Assembly: GCA_037444405.1 (NCBI GenBank)
Contig: JBBIML010000015.1
Span: forward strand, 1 to 64,000
Reading direction: 5' to 3'
DNA: 64,000 bases
Source of the DNA: Armatimonadota bacterium
GTDB taxonomy: Bacteria > Armatimonadota > Fimbriimonadia > Fimbriimonadales > GBS-DC
This document shows, piece by piece, positions 38,642 through 48,520 of this stretch; the stretch's first letter is position 1, and the number at the start of each line of letters is the position of its first letter. Both the position numbers and the translations under genes were made by a program. The notes under the pieces were generated by a model. It was not told the DNA's origin. It did not search any database and saw only the letters and a list, made by a program, of their open reading frames with translations.

Positions 38642-39108
38642 CGGAGTGGCTGGAGCAGCTGGAGCGGCTGGCGCAGCTGATGAGCCAGCGGGGCGTGTCG
38701 AAGCTGGAGGTGCGCGTGGACGGGGCGCATGTGCGCCTGAGCCGCGCCCAATCGGCAACCACGCCCTATCATGAGGAGCCGATGCCGCCCCTCTTCCTGG
38801 CAGGCTATACGGAGCCGAAACCTGCCGAACCTGACGAGCCGTCCAGCAGCTGGCAACCGCCAGCGCCCATCGAGGTGCGCGCGCCGATGGTTGGCTACTG
38901 CACGCTGATGCCGATAGAGCCGGGTGCGCGGGTGGAGCGCGGTCAGCCCCTCGCCACCGTGGAGGTGCTGGGCATCCCGAACGAAGTGCCCGCGCCCGTC
39001 ACCGGCACCCTGCTGAGCTGGCAAATCGAAAATGGCACCCCCGTCGAATACGGACAGCCGATTGCGCTCATCCAGCCCTTGACCGAAGAGGAGACGCCGG
39101 CAGAATGA
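38629..39108 (+). CDS. Biotin carboxyl carrier protein-like protein lacking the biotinyl-lysine
   Basis: AccB architecture (N-terminal helix, Pro-rich linker, VRAPMVG, NEV.APV.G, ENGTPVEYGQP), but EAMK is replaced by EVLG. Confidence 0.85.
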   Translation: MEALTEWLEQLERLAQLMSQRGVSKLEVRVDGAHVRLSRAQSATTPYHEEPMPPLFLAGYTEPKPAEPDEPSSSWQPPAPIEVRAPMVGYCTLMPIEPGARVERGQPLATVEVLGIPNEVPAPVTGTLLSWQIENGTPVEYGQPIALIQPLTEEETPAE

Positions 39109-39124
39109 GAGGAGCAACCATCCG

Positions 39125-39769
39125 ATGAAACCCGCAGGTTCACGCTTCGGAATGTATGAGCGCGAGAGCGCGGATACGCGCGTCTATACCTCCGTCGATC
39201 TGGACGGCTCCGGGAACGCCCAGATCGGCACCGGCATCGGCTTCTTTGACCATATGCTGGCACAGGTGGCACGGCACGGGCTGATCGATCTGGTCATCGA
39301 TGCGCATGGCGACCTGCAGGTGGACGAGCATCATGTGGTGGAGGATGTGGGCATCTGTCTGGGCAAAGCGGTTCAGCAGGCGTTGGGCGATATGCGCGGG
39401 ATCAACCGTTTCGGCTGGGCGATTGTGCCGATGGACGAGGCGCTGGCGCTGGTCGCCATCGATTTCAGCGGTCGCCCCCTGCTGGAATTTGAGGCGCGCT
39501 TCCGCCGCGAGACGGTGGGCACCTTCCCCACAGAGCTGACCGCCGAGTTCTTCCGCGCCTTCGCCACCCACGCCGGCGCCACCCTCCATATCCGCCTGCT
39601 GAACGCCAGCAACGACCACCATGCGATTGAAGCCATCTTCAAAGCGTTCGCCAAAGCGCTGGAGATGGCGACCCGCTACAACCCGCGCCAGAGCGCTATC
39701 CCGTCCACCAAAGGCTTCGTGGAAGGCGCGAACGAGGAACCGCCGCTGGACGAAGGCGCACTCGGCTGA
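39125..39769 (+). CDS. hisB: Imidazoleglycerol-phosphate dehydratase
   Basis: TGIGFFDHML, DEHHVVED, PMDEAL, NDHHAIEA, PSTKG. Confidence 0.97.
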   Translation: MKPAGSRFGMYERESADTRVYTSVDLDGSGNAQIGTGIGFFDHMLAQVARHGLIDLVIDAHGDLQVDEHHVVEDVGICLGKAVQQALGDMRGINRFGWAIVPMDEALALVAIDFSGRPLLEFEARFRRETVGTFPTELTAEFFRAFATHAGATLHIRLLNASNDHHAIEAIFKAFAKALEMATRYNPRQSAIPSTKGFVEGANEEPPLDEGALG

Positions 39770-39771
39770 CA

Positions 39772-40434
39772 TCAGTTGCTGGAGAAGAAGCCCGGCCAGT
39801 TTTCAGGGTCGAACGGCTTGATCTCGTAGGCGTGGGTCACCTCCTGCAGCACCAGGTGCAGCAGGCGCAGGCGCTCGCAGGTGTCCTGCAGCTCCAGCAG
39901 GTACTGCTTGAACGGCAAACTCACCTGGAGCGTGCCCGCCACCGCGAACGAGAGCATCACCGGGTCGTCGGGCAGGCGAATCTCGCTGGTGCGCAAGCCG
40001 TACGGCTCCAGCGCGGTGCGCAGAAACTCGGTGAAGGCGTCGGCGACCGCCTGCGTCAGCACCTGTTGCTCTTCGGGTGAAAAGGGCGGAAAGTCGCGCC
40101 ACGGCTCTATATCAGCCTGTAAATAGGCGGTCAGCCCGCGATGGAGCCGACGGATGCGGAACCGCTCCTCGCCCAGCGCCAGCAGGTGGAACCGCCCATC
40201 CTCCAGCCGACGCAGCCTGCCAATCCGCGCCAGCGTGCCTATCTCGTACGGCTCCGCCTCACCGCCCACTTCGGAACCCTCCCGAATCAGCACCACCCCG
40301 AACGGCGAGTCGTGTTCCAGACAGTAGATGACCAGCTCCCGATAGCGCGGCTCAAACACATGGAGCGGTATCATCGTGTGCGGGAACAGCACCGTCTCCA
40401 GCGGAAACAACGGCACCCGACCCATTTCGCTCAC
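39772..40434 (-). CDS. LON peptidase N-terminal (substrate-binding) domain protein
   Basis: PLFPL..VLFP, LHVFEPRY, FGVVLIREG.EVG, C-terminal SSN. Confidence 0.9.
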   Translation of the reverse strand: MSEMGRVPLFPLETVLFPHTMIPLHVFEPRYRELVIYCLEHDSPFGVVLIREGSEVGGEAEPYEIGTLARIGRLRRLEDGRFHLLALGEERFRIRRLHRGLTAYLQADIEPWRDFPPFSPEEQQVLTQAVADAFTEFLRTALEPYGLRTSEIRLPDDPVMLSFAVAGTLQVSLPFKQYLLELQDTCERLRLLHLVLQEVTHAYEIKPFDPENWPGFFSSN

Positions 40435-40451
40435 TCTACCACCTGCAACGA

Positions 40452-42011
40452 TTATACCCGAATCAATCGGCGCAGGGTCGCAAAGCCGCCGATTCGCGCC
40501 CAGCAGGGGAGATTAGACGGCTCTTCAGGGCTTTCAGGCAGGCGGCAACGCACGCCCGTGAGCGCCGCCACTATCGCCGCGACCGCCGCGCCCGCCGAAT
40601 CGGCGATCAGATGCACCTGCATGCCCTGCGCCCGCAACGCCTGCACCCGCACCAGCAGCTCGCGCGCCAGCCCTGCGAGCGGGGTCAGATTGTAAGTGTC
40701 AAAGAAGGCGCTTTTCGGCGCAGCGGGCGACGGCACATGCCACACCTGCGCATGCGCACCAGCAGGCAACCCTTCTGGCGGTGTACCCCCCTCGCGAATC
40801 ACCACCATCCACTGCCGTTTCGCGACTGGCTTCCCCTGCGATTCGGGAGCTTCGGGCAGTTCAGGCAGCCCCAGCATGGAGAGCAATGCATCGCGCAGTT
40901 CCCTGCGGAAGGCGCGACGCCGTTGCCAGCGCGACAGGCTCGCCTGCACTGCCGCGCGATACCGCGCGAACACGAAGGCGCCATCGCCAGGCACGAACGG
41001 GCGCGGCAGCGCGTCGCCCCACACCCGCAACGCATGCAACAACTCCAGCGCGTCCACCGATGGGTCGTCCGGCACAAAGTTCAGTTTCAGCACCTGCGCC
41101 GCCCAGCGATAGTAAGCCGCTCGCGCCTCCGCCCCAAACTGATGACCCTCCCTCAGATGCACATGCTGGAACCGTTCCGACGCACCGTATAACTGATACA
41201 CCCGACGGATAAAGGGCGCCACATGCTCAGGGTTATCCGCCGTCCAGTCTTCCGAATCGGAAATCAGCAGCATCGGTCGGGGCGCGCAGAGGGCAGCGAT
41301 TTCGGGGTTGCAGGCGAACAGGCGCAACAGGGGCGGGTTCTCGCAGATGCAGCCGCCCTGCATGCGTGTGGAGACCATCTTCACGGGCGCGGCACAGCAC
41401 AGGCGCGGCTCCACAGCGGCTAACAGAAAGGTCTGCGTGCCGCCGCCCGAAATGCCGCTGCAGCCGATGCGCTTCGCGTCCACCTCGGGCTGACGCGCGA
41501 GCCACTCGAAGGCGCACAGGCTGTTCCAGGTCTGCAGTCCCGCGCGGCTGAAGCCCCAACGATGCCATTCGTCTGGTTCGTCGCCCCCGTGTGGCATCTG
41601 CAGGTGGTCGTTATAGCCGACCATATCGTACATCAGCACCCATGCGCCCGCCTGCGCCAGCGCGATTGCCCGCCGGACATCGGGCGTGTTGAGCCGACCC
41701 TGCGCAAAGTGCCCGTGCGGTTGCAGCATGGCGGGCGCGCGCCGACCTACAGGGCGCTCTGGCAGAAACAGGCTGCCCGTCAGGTAATAACCGGGCAGCG
41801 TTTCCAGCGCGAAGCGTTCGATTCGGAAGCCGTCGCCTGTGTAGGCGTGGGCGCGCAGCGCTCGCAACGGCGCAGGCGGCAACTCCGGCAGCAAGCCGCA
41901 CGCCAGCCGCACATGGGCGCGCAATCGTTGCGCGAACGCATCCCACTCCGCGCGGCTCGCCACCCGCGCCATCGACGGCATACATGGCGTGTTATGATCC
42001 CGGCTCTGCAC
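40452..42011 (-). CDS. Alpha/beta hydrolase (acetylxylan esterase-like)
   Basis: PHGH, YDMVGY, GISGGGTQTF nucleophile elbow, GGCICEN, APRP. Start uncertain. Confidence 0.85.
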   Translation of the reverse strand: MQSRDHNTPCMPSMARVASRAEWDAFAQRLRAHVRLACGLLPELPPAPLRALRAHAYTGDGFRIERFALETLPGYYLTGSLFLPERPVGRRAPAMLQPHGHFAQGRLNTPDVRRAIALAQAGAWVLMYDMVGYNDHLQMPHGGDEPDEWHRWGFSRAGLQTWNSLCAFEWLARQPEVDAKRIGCSGISGGGTQTFLLAAVEPRLCCAAPVKMVSTRMQGGCICENPPLLRLFACNPEIAALCAPRPMLLISDSEDWTADNPEHVAPFIRRVYQLYGASERFQHVHLREGHQFGAEARAAYYRWAAQVLKLNFVPDDPSVDALELLHALRVWGDALPRPFVPGDGAFVFARYRAAVQASLSRWQRRRAFRRELRDALLSMLGLPELPEAPESQGKPVAKRQWMVVIREGGTPPEGLPAGAHAQVWHVPSPAAPKSAFFDTYNLTPLAGLARELLVRVQALRAQGMQVHLIADSAGAAVAAIVAALTGVRCRLPESPEEPSNLPCWARIGGFATLRRLIRV

Positions 42012-43284
42012 GCCACACCTCCACCCGCTCCTTCACCGGGCGCAGCAGCAGCACCGCCAGCACCAGATAGAGCGGCACCAGCGCGAACACCCACCGCCAG
42101 CCGACGCCCAGCCCGTACGCGCGGTTCAACGCATCGCCTAACGGTCCCGCCACCAGCGGCGCCATCACCTGTGGTACGGTCATCGAAATGTGCCAGATGG
42201 CCATATAGCGACCCGATTCATTAACGGGCACAAGGTTGCTCGCCAGCGCCCAGTCGACGGCAGCGAACGCGCCCCACGCGAAGCCGAACAGCGCGCTCAA
42301 GCCGTAGACCCAGCGCAGGTCAGGCGCGATCAGAAACAGCACCGTGCCGACGCCCATCATCGCAGCGGTGTAGTATAAGACGCGCTTCTTGCTGGTTCGA
42401 TCCGCCAGCACGCCTGCCCACCAGTTGCCCAGCACGCCTGTCAGCGTCGCGATTGTCATAATCACAAACGCCTGCATCGGTGCGCCCGCGCCCAGCTTCA
42501 TCGTGTCCCGCAAATAATACTCCAGAAAGAACAGCACCGTGTAGAAGCCGAGATTGAACGCGAAGCGCGACAGCACCACCCAGCGGAAGTTCGGATGCTC
42601 GTTCAATAAGATGTTAAAAAACAGGCGCGGGTCGACGCGCCTCTCGTCGGGGTTCGCCGGTTGCCAGCGTGGCTCGCGCAGCCCCAGCACCGTCCAGAGC
42701 ATCGTTATCAGCAGCACCAGCGCCAGCACCGCGCCCACAATCAGCAGGCGCGTGGCGAGCGGGTAGCCCCTGAACAGCAGTGGCGGCTCGTTCAGCGCCA
42801 GTCCCGCCAGCGCCAGCCCTGCCAGATTGCCCACAAGGGTCATCATGCCCATATATGCCGACGCCAGCCCGTGCCGCTCCGGCGGCACATAGTCGGGAAT
42901 CACCGCCTGATAGGGTCCGTTCGCCCAGTTCAGCAGCAGCTGGATCAGCCCGAAGTAGACCACCAGCAGGATGAAGCTCGGCGTGGTCATAAATAGCAGG
43001 ATGAACGGCAGGGTCAGCAGCGTGCCCCACAGGATGAAGGGGCGTCGGCGACCCAGCGGCGAGGTGCAGCGGTCGCTGAGCGGACCTGCGATCAACTCGA
43101 TAATAGTGGAGAGTAGCGCGCCCGTCGCGCTCAGCCAGCCCAGATAGGTGCCTTTCACCTGCGCCGGCACCATCTCCGCCACGCGCACCTGCATCACAAT
43201 CGTCAGGAACGCCGCCCAGTGAACGCTCAATCCCAGCCAGAAAATGCTGATCGCCCAGTAATTGACTGCCCGTGTCTCCTTCAA
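41992..43284 (-). CDS. MFS transporter
   Basis: About 12 TMs, GPLSDRCTSPLGRRRPFI, LADRTSKK. Probable TTG start at 43284. Confidence 0.9.
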   Translation of the reverse strand: MKETRAVNYWAISIFWLGLSVHWAAFLTIVMQVRVAEMVPAQVKGTYLGWLSATGALLSTIIELIAGPLSDRCTSPLGRRRPFILWGTLLTLPFILLFMTTPSFILLVVYFGLIQLLLNWANGPYQAVIPDYVPPERHGLASAYMGMMTLVGNLAGLALAGLALNEPPLLFRGYPLATRLLIVGAVLALVLLITMLWTVLGLREPRWQPANPDERRVDPRLFFNILLNEHPNFRWVVLSRFAFNLGFYTVLFFLEYYLRDTMKLGAGAPMQAFVIMTIATLTGVLGNWWAGVLADRTSKKRVLYYTAAMMGVGTVLFLIAPDLRWVYGLSALFGFAWGAFAAVDWALASNLVPVNESGRYMAIWHISMTVPQVMAPLVAGPLGDALNRAYGLGVGWRWVFALVPLYLVLAVLLLRPVKERVEVWRAEPGS

Positions 43285-43323
43285 GATGCAGGGATTATAG
43301 CATGGAAAGAGGGAGCAACTAAA

Positions 43324-43363
43324 ACCCCTCTCCCCCTTCAGGGAGAGAGGGTATGGGTGAGGG
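43324..43363. repeat. REP-like palindrome copy
   Basis: ACCCCTCTCCC...GGGAGAGAGGGTATGGGTGAGGG. Confidence 0.75.
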
Positions 43364-43367
43364 AGAA

Positions 43368-44261
43368 CTACACCTCCAGACCCGTTGACATCATGTCCCG
43401 TGATAGAATCAACGCCTCCGCTAACCACTCCAGCGAGTCGATCAGCCGCGGTCCAGGGCGACTGAAGAAGGCGCTACCATCGGCGATGAACACCGCGCCA
43501 CACCGAACCGCGGGCAACTCGCGCCAGCCCGGCATCGACTCCAGGATCGGCATATCCAGCCGCGTGCGCTCAACGCTGAACCCGCAGCAGGCAATCACGA
43601 TCGCCTCCGGCTGCCATGCCTGCACTTCCTGCCAGTGGAGCCGTCGGGACGGCTTGCCTGCCACACCGTGCCCGTCGATGCCACCCGCCAGCGCAATCAA
43701 CTCCGGCGTCCAGTGCCCGCAAGCAAACGGCGGATCGATCCATTCCAGAAACGAGACGCGCACAGGGGGCAGACCCGAGCAGCGCTCGCGCACCCGCTCG
43801 ATGCGCTCACGGCAATCGGCAATCAATCGCTCGCCACGCTGCGGCACGCCCGCCGCCTCCGCCACCTGCCGAAAGGTGTCCAGCACCTCCGCCAGCGTGG
43901 TCGGCTCCAGATTCAGCACCTGCGGACGCGGATGAAGCGACTCCACTGCCTCCAGCACCGCGTTCTGCGACACAGCGCACACCGAGCAGAGTGCCTGCGT
44001 CAAAATCAGATCAGGCTTCAGCTGCTGCAACAGCGTCGTATCAATTGTGTAGAGCGTGGCGTGGGTGAGCAGCGTTTCGGACACCATGCGGTCAATCTCG
44101 CCGCTGGGCAAATCGGGTGGGATGAGACTACGCGTGATAATAGGCTTGGTCAGCACCTCTGGCGGATAGTCGCACTCGTGGCTGCGGGCAATCAGGCACT
44201 CGCCCAGCCCCAGCGCATACACAATCTCTGTTGCGCTCGGCAAAAGCGACACGATCCGCAC
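43368..44261 (-). CDS. Cobalamin/Fe-siderophore-binding (BtuF-like) protein
   Basis: RIVSLLPSATEI, SHECDYP, PDLILTQ.LC.VCAV, FSRPGPR. GTG start at 44261. Confidence 0.9.
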   Translation of the reverse strand: MRIVSLLPSATEIVYALGLGECLIARSHECDYPPEVLTKPIITRSLIPPDLPSGEIDRMVSETLLTHATLYTIDTTLLQQLKPDLILTQALCSVCAVSQNAVLEAVESLHPRPQVLNLEPTTLAEVLDTFRQVAEAAGVPQRGERLIADCRERIERVRERCSGLPPVRVSFLEWIDPPFACGHWTPELIALAGGIDGHGVAGKPSRRLHWQEVQAWQPEAIVIACCGFSVERTRLDMPILESMPGWRELPAVRCGAVFIADGSAFFSRPGPRLIDSLEWLAEALILSRDMMSTGLEV

Positions 44262-44337
44262 GCGCCCATTATACCACCCAGCGACGCCCATCGCCCAGTA
44301 ACTCAACGAGTTTTTTGCCAGACCGCCTCCAGAACCC

Positions 44338-44390
44338 TTGGCATCAGGCGAGTCTTGATATATAATAGGATGTGTTATAATAGGATGTGT
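44338..44390 (+). promoter_or_regulatory. Promoter with a perfect 15-bp tandem duplication of the -10 region
   Basis: TTGGCA, N17, TATAAT; TATAATAGGATGTGT occurs at both 44361-44375 and 44376-44390. Confidence 0.75.
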
Positions 44391-44437
44391 CTACCCACCA
44401 ACACCTGCGAGAGGCTAACAAGAGGAGGAGGTCAAAC

Positions 44438-45919
44438 ATGACACGCATGGGTTTGATGGGCAAGACGGTGCGCCTGACGATGGCGCTTGCAAGTATAGCG
44501 TTGACGAGCGCGCTCTTCGCGCAGGGCACATGGACCTGGCAACAACAGTGTAGCAGCAACGAGTGGTCAACCATCTGCCAGGGTTCCATCTGCGGCTACG
44601 ACCAGAATGGCAACCCTGTCTACTGGTACGCGAACAACTGGGGACATATGTACTGCGGCTACTCGCCCGGTTTACCTGGACCTGGCTCTATTGTGCAGTT
44701 TCCTTCAGGTTCAGGGGCGCTACTTGCCAGCAATGTGGACATCCTCAGCGTTACGATAGCCAGTGGCGCTCTGCTGAACTGGAGTTCAGGCACGATGATC
44801 CTGCGCGATCCGAGCGGCGCCAATCCCGGTTCTCTAAGCATTCTCAACGGAGGCACTTTGCTCTGGAGCAGCGGCTCGCTTGTTCTTCAAAACGCCTCGA
44901 ATGGCGATCCCGGCACTTTGACCAACGCGGGGCTGTTGCGCTGGGTCAATAATGTCTCGCGCGGGCTGAGCGGCTTGCTTATCAATCAGAACCAGCTGCT
45001 CCACGAGGCTGGCGGTACCTACTTCAACACCGCCACTTTGCGCAACACCGCCAGCGCCACCGCCGAAGTGCGCTCAGGAGGCTGGTACAACAACACAGGC
45101 ACCAACTTGGTGGTCAATCTCGGCACGCTGAAAAAGGTCTCGCTCGCTTCCTTCTCCATCTCGGTCAACACCACCAACAGCGGGCTGATTTCGGTGGAAA
45201 GCGCCACGCTCGCTTTCACCAACCTCACCCAGACCGACGGCGAGACTCGCATCTACCGCAACACCACGCTCTCGGTGAGCAACCCGTTCACGATGCAGGG
45301 CGGTAAGCTCACAGGCGCAGGCACGCTCAGCGGCAGCCTCAACAACACCGCGGGCACTATCGCCCCCGGCATCGACGACCCCGACCTGAACCCGCTCGGC
45401 ATCCTGACCCTCAGTGGCAACCTGACGATGGGCGCCGACGCCGCCTTTGAGGTGGAACTCGCGGGCACCGATAACTCCGACCCTGCCAACCCGCAGTACG
45501 ACCGCCTCGTGGTGGACGCGAGCGGAACCACGCGTACGATCCAGCTGGACGGCACGCTGCGCGTGAAGGGTCGGAATGGGTATGTGCCCGCGCCGGGTGA
45601 TACCTTTGATATTCTGGTGCGCACGGGCAGCTACTGGAACTTCTCAGGGGCGTTCCACACGGTGGAGGTGGACGCCGACACGCTGCCGTGTGTGGCGTTT
45701 GAGGTGCAGTACCTGTCCGACCGCGTGCGGTTGGTGGCTCAGGCGGCGGGTAGCCCCGACATCAACCGCGACGGGTGCGTGGACGACGCCGACCTGCTCG
45801 CAGTGCTGTTCGCGTTTGGTCAGACGGGCAGCGGTCTGCCTGAAGACACCAACTGCGACGGGGTTGTGGACGACGCCGACCTGCTGCAGGTGCTGTTCGC
45901 CTTCGGTCAGGGGTGTTAG
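44438..45919 (+). CDS. Secreted beta-helix-like protein with C-terminal paired dockerin/EF-hand-like repeats
   Basis: AGGAGGAGG RBS, signal peptide, G/N/T-rich passenger-like repeats, DINRDGCVDDADLLAVLFAFG...DTNCDGVVDDADLLQVLFAFG. Confidence 0.85.
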   Translation: MTRMGLMGKTVRLTMALASIALTSALFAQGTWTWQQQCSSNEWSTICQGSICGYDQNGNPVYWYANNWGHMYCGYSPGLPGPGSIVQFPSGSGALLASNVDILSVTIASGALLNWSSGTMILRDPSGANPGSLSILNGGTLLWSSGSLVLQNASNGDPGTLTNAGLLRWVNNVSRGLSGLLINQNQLLHEAGGTYFNTATLRNTASATAEVRSGGWYNNTGTNLVVNLGTLKKVSLASFSISVNTTNSGLISVESATLAFTNLTQTDGETRIYRNTTLSVSNPFTMQGGKLTGAGTLSGSLNNTAGTIAPGIDDPDLNPLGILTLSGNLTMGADAAFEVELAGTDNSDPANPQYDRLVVDASGTTRTIQLDGTLRVKGRNGYVPAPGDTFDILVRTGSYWNFSGAFHTVEVDADTLPCVAFEVQYLSDRVRLVAQAAGSPDINRDGCVDDADLLAVLFAFGQTGSGLPEDTNCDGVVDDADLLQVLFAFGQGC

Positions 45920-46050
45920 TGCCCTCACCCCTGTGCCCCCTCTCCCCAGGCTTGGGGAGAGGGGATTTTGTTAGGGCCTCACCTCCGTGCCCCAGGCTTG
46001 TTAGCCTCCTCACCCATACCCTCTCCTCCACAGGCGGGGGAGAGGGGTTT
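45919..46050. repeat. Two REP-like hairpins
   Basis: GTGCCCTCACCCCTGTGCCCCCTCTCCCCAGGCTTGGGGAGAGGGGATT, and CCTCACCCATACCCTCTCC...GGGGGAGAGGGG. Confidence 0.8.
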
Positions 46051-46103
46051 CATTTCTCCCTCTCGCCGGTGGGGTACGGCTTAAAACCCCGCAAAAAACG
46101 GAG

Positions 46104-46131
46104 TCCAGTCCCCTGCTGTGCCTGCCGATAA
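46104..46131 (+). promoter_or_regulatory. Sigma-28 (FliA) promoter
   Basis: Exact -10 GCCGATAA at 46124-46131 upstream of fliD; the -35 is weak (TCCAG). Confidence 0.7.
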
Positions 46132-46177
46132 TCGGTCAGGGAACGGAGCAGGTTGACCAGGGGGAGGGAGAATCGCT

Positions 46178-48463
46178 ATGTTCGGAGGCAGTATCACAGG
46201 CATCAACTTTGCCGGGCTGGCGTCGGGCATCGACACGGAGGCGATTATCCAGAAGATGATCGAACTCCAGTCGCGCCCGCTCCAGCGGCTGCTGGTGCGC
46301 AAGTCGGAGCTGAGCGCGCGCATGAGCGCGTTCGACCAGTTTCGCGGGCTGGTCAGCAACCTTCAGACCGCTGCCGGCGCGCTCTCTGTCAAAAATGCCT
46401 TTAATCTCATTCGTGCCACTTCGTCCGATACGCAGGTGGCGACCGTGACGGCATCGACCGACGCGCTGCCCGGCACCTACGAGCTGCGCGTCAGCAGGCT
46501 CGCGCAGGCGCATAAGATTATCAGCGGCGCACACACCTCTGCCACCACCGAACTGGGCGCATCGGGACAGTTCATGGTGAACGGCAAGATTATTGAGGTC
46601 AACCCCAGCGACACGCTGACCACCATCGCCAGCAAGATCAACGCCGCGAATGCGGGCGTCACAGCGTCCATCCTGAACGGCGATAATGGGCAGGTGTTCC
46701 TGACGCTTACCGCCACCCGCACGGGCGCAGAGAGCCGAATCCAGCTCGCCGATGTCGGCGGCTACAGCATCATCGTACCCACACTCAAGCTGGTGAGCTA
46801 CGCCGAGTTCATCCGCAACCAGCAGGGCAACGCTGCCCTCTCCGAACGGTTCACCGATTCGGGCACGCCCCTCGGCACGCTATTCCAGATGAGCAACCCC
46901 ACCAGCGGCACCATCCAGATTAATGGCGTCGATGTCAATATCGATTTCGCGACCGACAGCCTCAACACCATCGCCAGCCGAATCAACAGCGCGGGCATCC
47001 CGGGCGTCACAGCGTCCGTGGTCAGCGAAACAGTCAACGGCACAACCTACTACCGCCTCAAGATCGAAGGTGACAGCGGTGTGCCCACCTTCACCGATAA
47101 TAACAACATCCTCAAAAATCTGGGCATTCTGCAGAACCAGTACGAGCGCGAGCTGGTGCAGGCGCAGGATGCCGAGTTCAGCGTCGACGGCATCACCTTC
47201 AGACGCAGCTCCAATCAGATCACCGATGTGATCCCGGGCGTGACGCTCAATCTGCTCAGCGCGGACGCTGCCAACCCCAAAACGGCAACCATCACCCTCT
47301 CGCGCGATTACGACGGCATCAAAGGCTCCGTCAACAACTTCATTAACGCTTTCAACAGCCTTGTCGACTTCATCAAGCAGAACGCCTCGTTTGACAAGGA
47401 GACCCTTCAGGGCGGCATTCTGTTTGGCGACACAACGGTTGGTCTGGTGCATGACACGCTGGTGCGCAAGATTACCGATGTGGTGCAGGGTCTGGACGGC
47501 ACGCTGCGGGCGCTCACTCAGGTCGGGGTTCAGCTGGGTCAGGACGGCAAGCTCACGCTGGACGAAGGCAAGCTGATGCAGATGCTCAATAGCGATTTGA
47601 CAGGCGTGAGCCGCCTCTTTATTGCGCATGGCGCCGCCACGAACGCGCAGATTGTGTTCGTGTCGGCGACCGACGCGACGCGCCCTTCGCCCGCGACGGG
47701 CTATGAGGTGGTCATCACGCAGGTGGCAACCCGCGCCACCGCCAGCGCCAGCATCGCGCAAACGGGCGCCAGCACCACCGAAGAGCGACTCACCTTCAGC
47801 GGACGACTGTTCGGCGATGAACCCTACACGCTGGTCATCCCGGCAGGCAGCACCATCGACGACACGATTGCCCGCATCAATAGCGATGCCCGCCTCAAGA
47901 ATCTGGTGGTTGCCAGCAAGGATAGCGACGGCAGGCTGGTGATTCAGGCGCGCAACTACGGCTCGGCGGGCAGCTTCACTGTCGTCTCGGACCAGGAAGC
48001 CAGCGCGACCAACTCCGGTATCGGCACCAGCCCCATCGAGGCGCAGGGTCAGGATGTGGCGGGCACCATCAACGGCGAACCCGCCACGGGTCAGGGGCAG
48101 TTCCTCACGGGCAACAGCGACAATCCGAACACGGCAGGGCTGCAGATTCGCGTGCTGGCGACCGCGCCCGGCACCTACGGCGCGGTCATCTTCACGCGCG
48201 GCGTCGCCGACCAGGTGCGCCAGTACGCCAGATCGATCACCGATATTGTGAACGGCGACCTCACGCTGGCGACCAACACGCTCAAGGAGCAGATCGATGC
48301 CATCGACGAGCAGATGCGGAGCATTCGCGAGGAGATTAGCCGCCGTGAGCAGATGTTGCGCCAGCAGTTCGCCCGACTGGAGAGCGCCCTCAGCCAGATG
48401 CAGTCGCAGAGCATGCGACTCGCGGCGATGATGAGCGGTATGCCCATTCTGCGAGCCGCGTGA
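46178..48463 (+). CDS. fliD: Flagellar filament cap protein (long form)
   Basis: GLASGIDT, V.RLAQAH, AQDA.FSVDGI...SNQITDVIPGVTLNL, QFARLE.ALSQMQSQ. Confidence 0.95.
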   Translation: MFGGSITGINFAGLASGIDTEAIIQKMIELQSRPLQRLLVRKSELSARMSAFDQFRGLVSNLQTAAGALSVKNAFNLIRATSSDTQVATVTASTDALPGTYELRVSRLAQAHKIISGAHTSATTELGASGQFMVNGKIIEVNPSDTLTTIASKINAANAGVTASILNGDNGQVFLTLTATRTGAESRIQLADVGGYSIIVPTLKLVSYAEFIRNQQGNAALSERFTDSGTPLGTLFQMSNPTSGTIQINGVDVNIDFATDSLNTIASRINSAGIPGVTASVVSETVNGTTYYRLKIEGDSGVPTFTDNNNILKNLGILQNQYERELVQAQDAEFSVDGITFRRSSNQITDVIPGVTLNLLSADAANPKTATITLSRDYDGIKGSVNNFINAFNSLVDFIKQNASFDKETLQGGILFGDTTVGLVHDTLVRKITDVVQGLDGTLRALTQVGVQLGQDGKLTLDEGKLMQMLNSDLTGVSRLFIAHGAATNAQIVFVSATDATRPSPATGYEVVITQVATRATASASIAQTGASTTEERLTFSGRLFGDEPYTLVIPAGSTIDDTIARINSDARLKNLVVASKDSDGRLVIQARNYGSAGSFTVVSDQEASATNSGIGTSPIEAQGQDVAGTINGEPATGQGQFLTGNSDNPNTAGLQIRVLATAPGTYGAVIFTRGVADQVRQYARSITDIVNGDLTLATNTLKEQIDAIDEQMRSIREEISRREQMLRQQFARLESALSQMQSQSMRLAAMMSGMPILRAA

Positions 48464-48472
48464 AGCCTGCGG

Positions 48473-48494
48473 GGGCAGACCAGTGTGTCTGCCC
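48473..48494. repeat. REP-like hairpin between fliD and fliS
   Basis: GGGCAGAC-CAGTGT-GTCTGCCC, a perfect 8-bp stem. Confidence 0.6.
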
Positions 48495-48520
48495 GACACC
48501 TATCCTAAACGGAGGAACTT

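Noticed and set aside
38629..39108. Calling this gene accB
   Set aside because: The biotin-accepting lysine is absent, so it cannot be a functional BCCP. The symbol is withheld.
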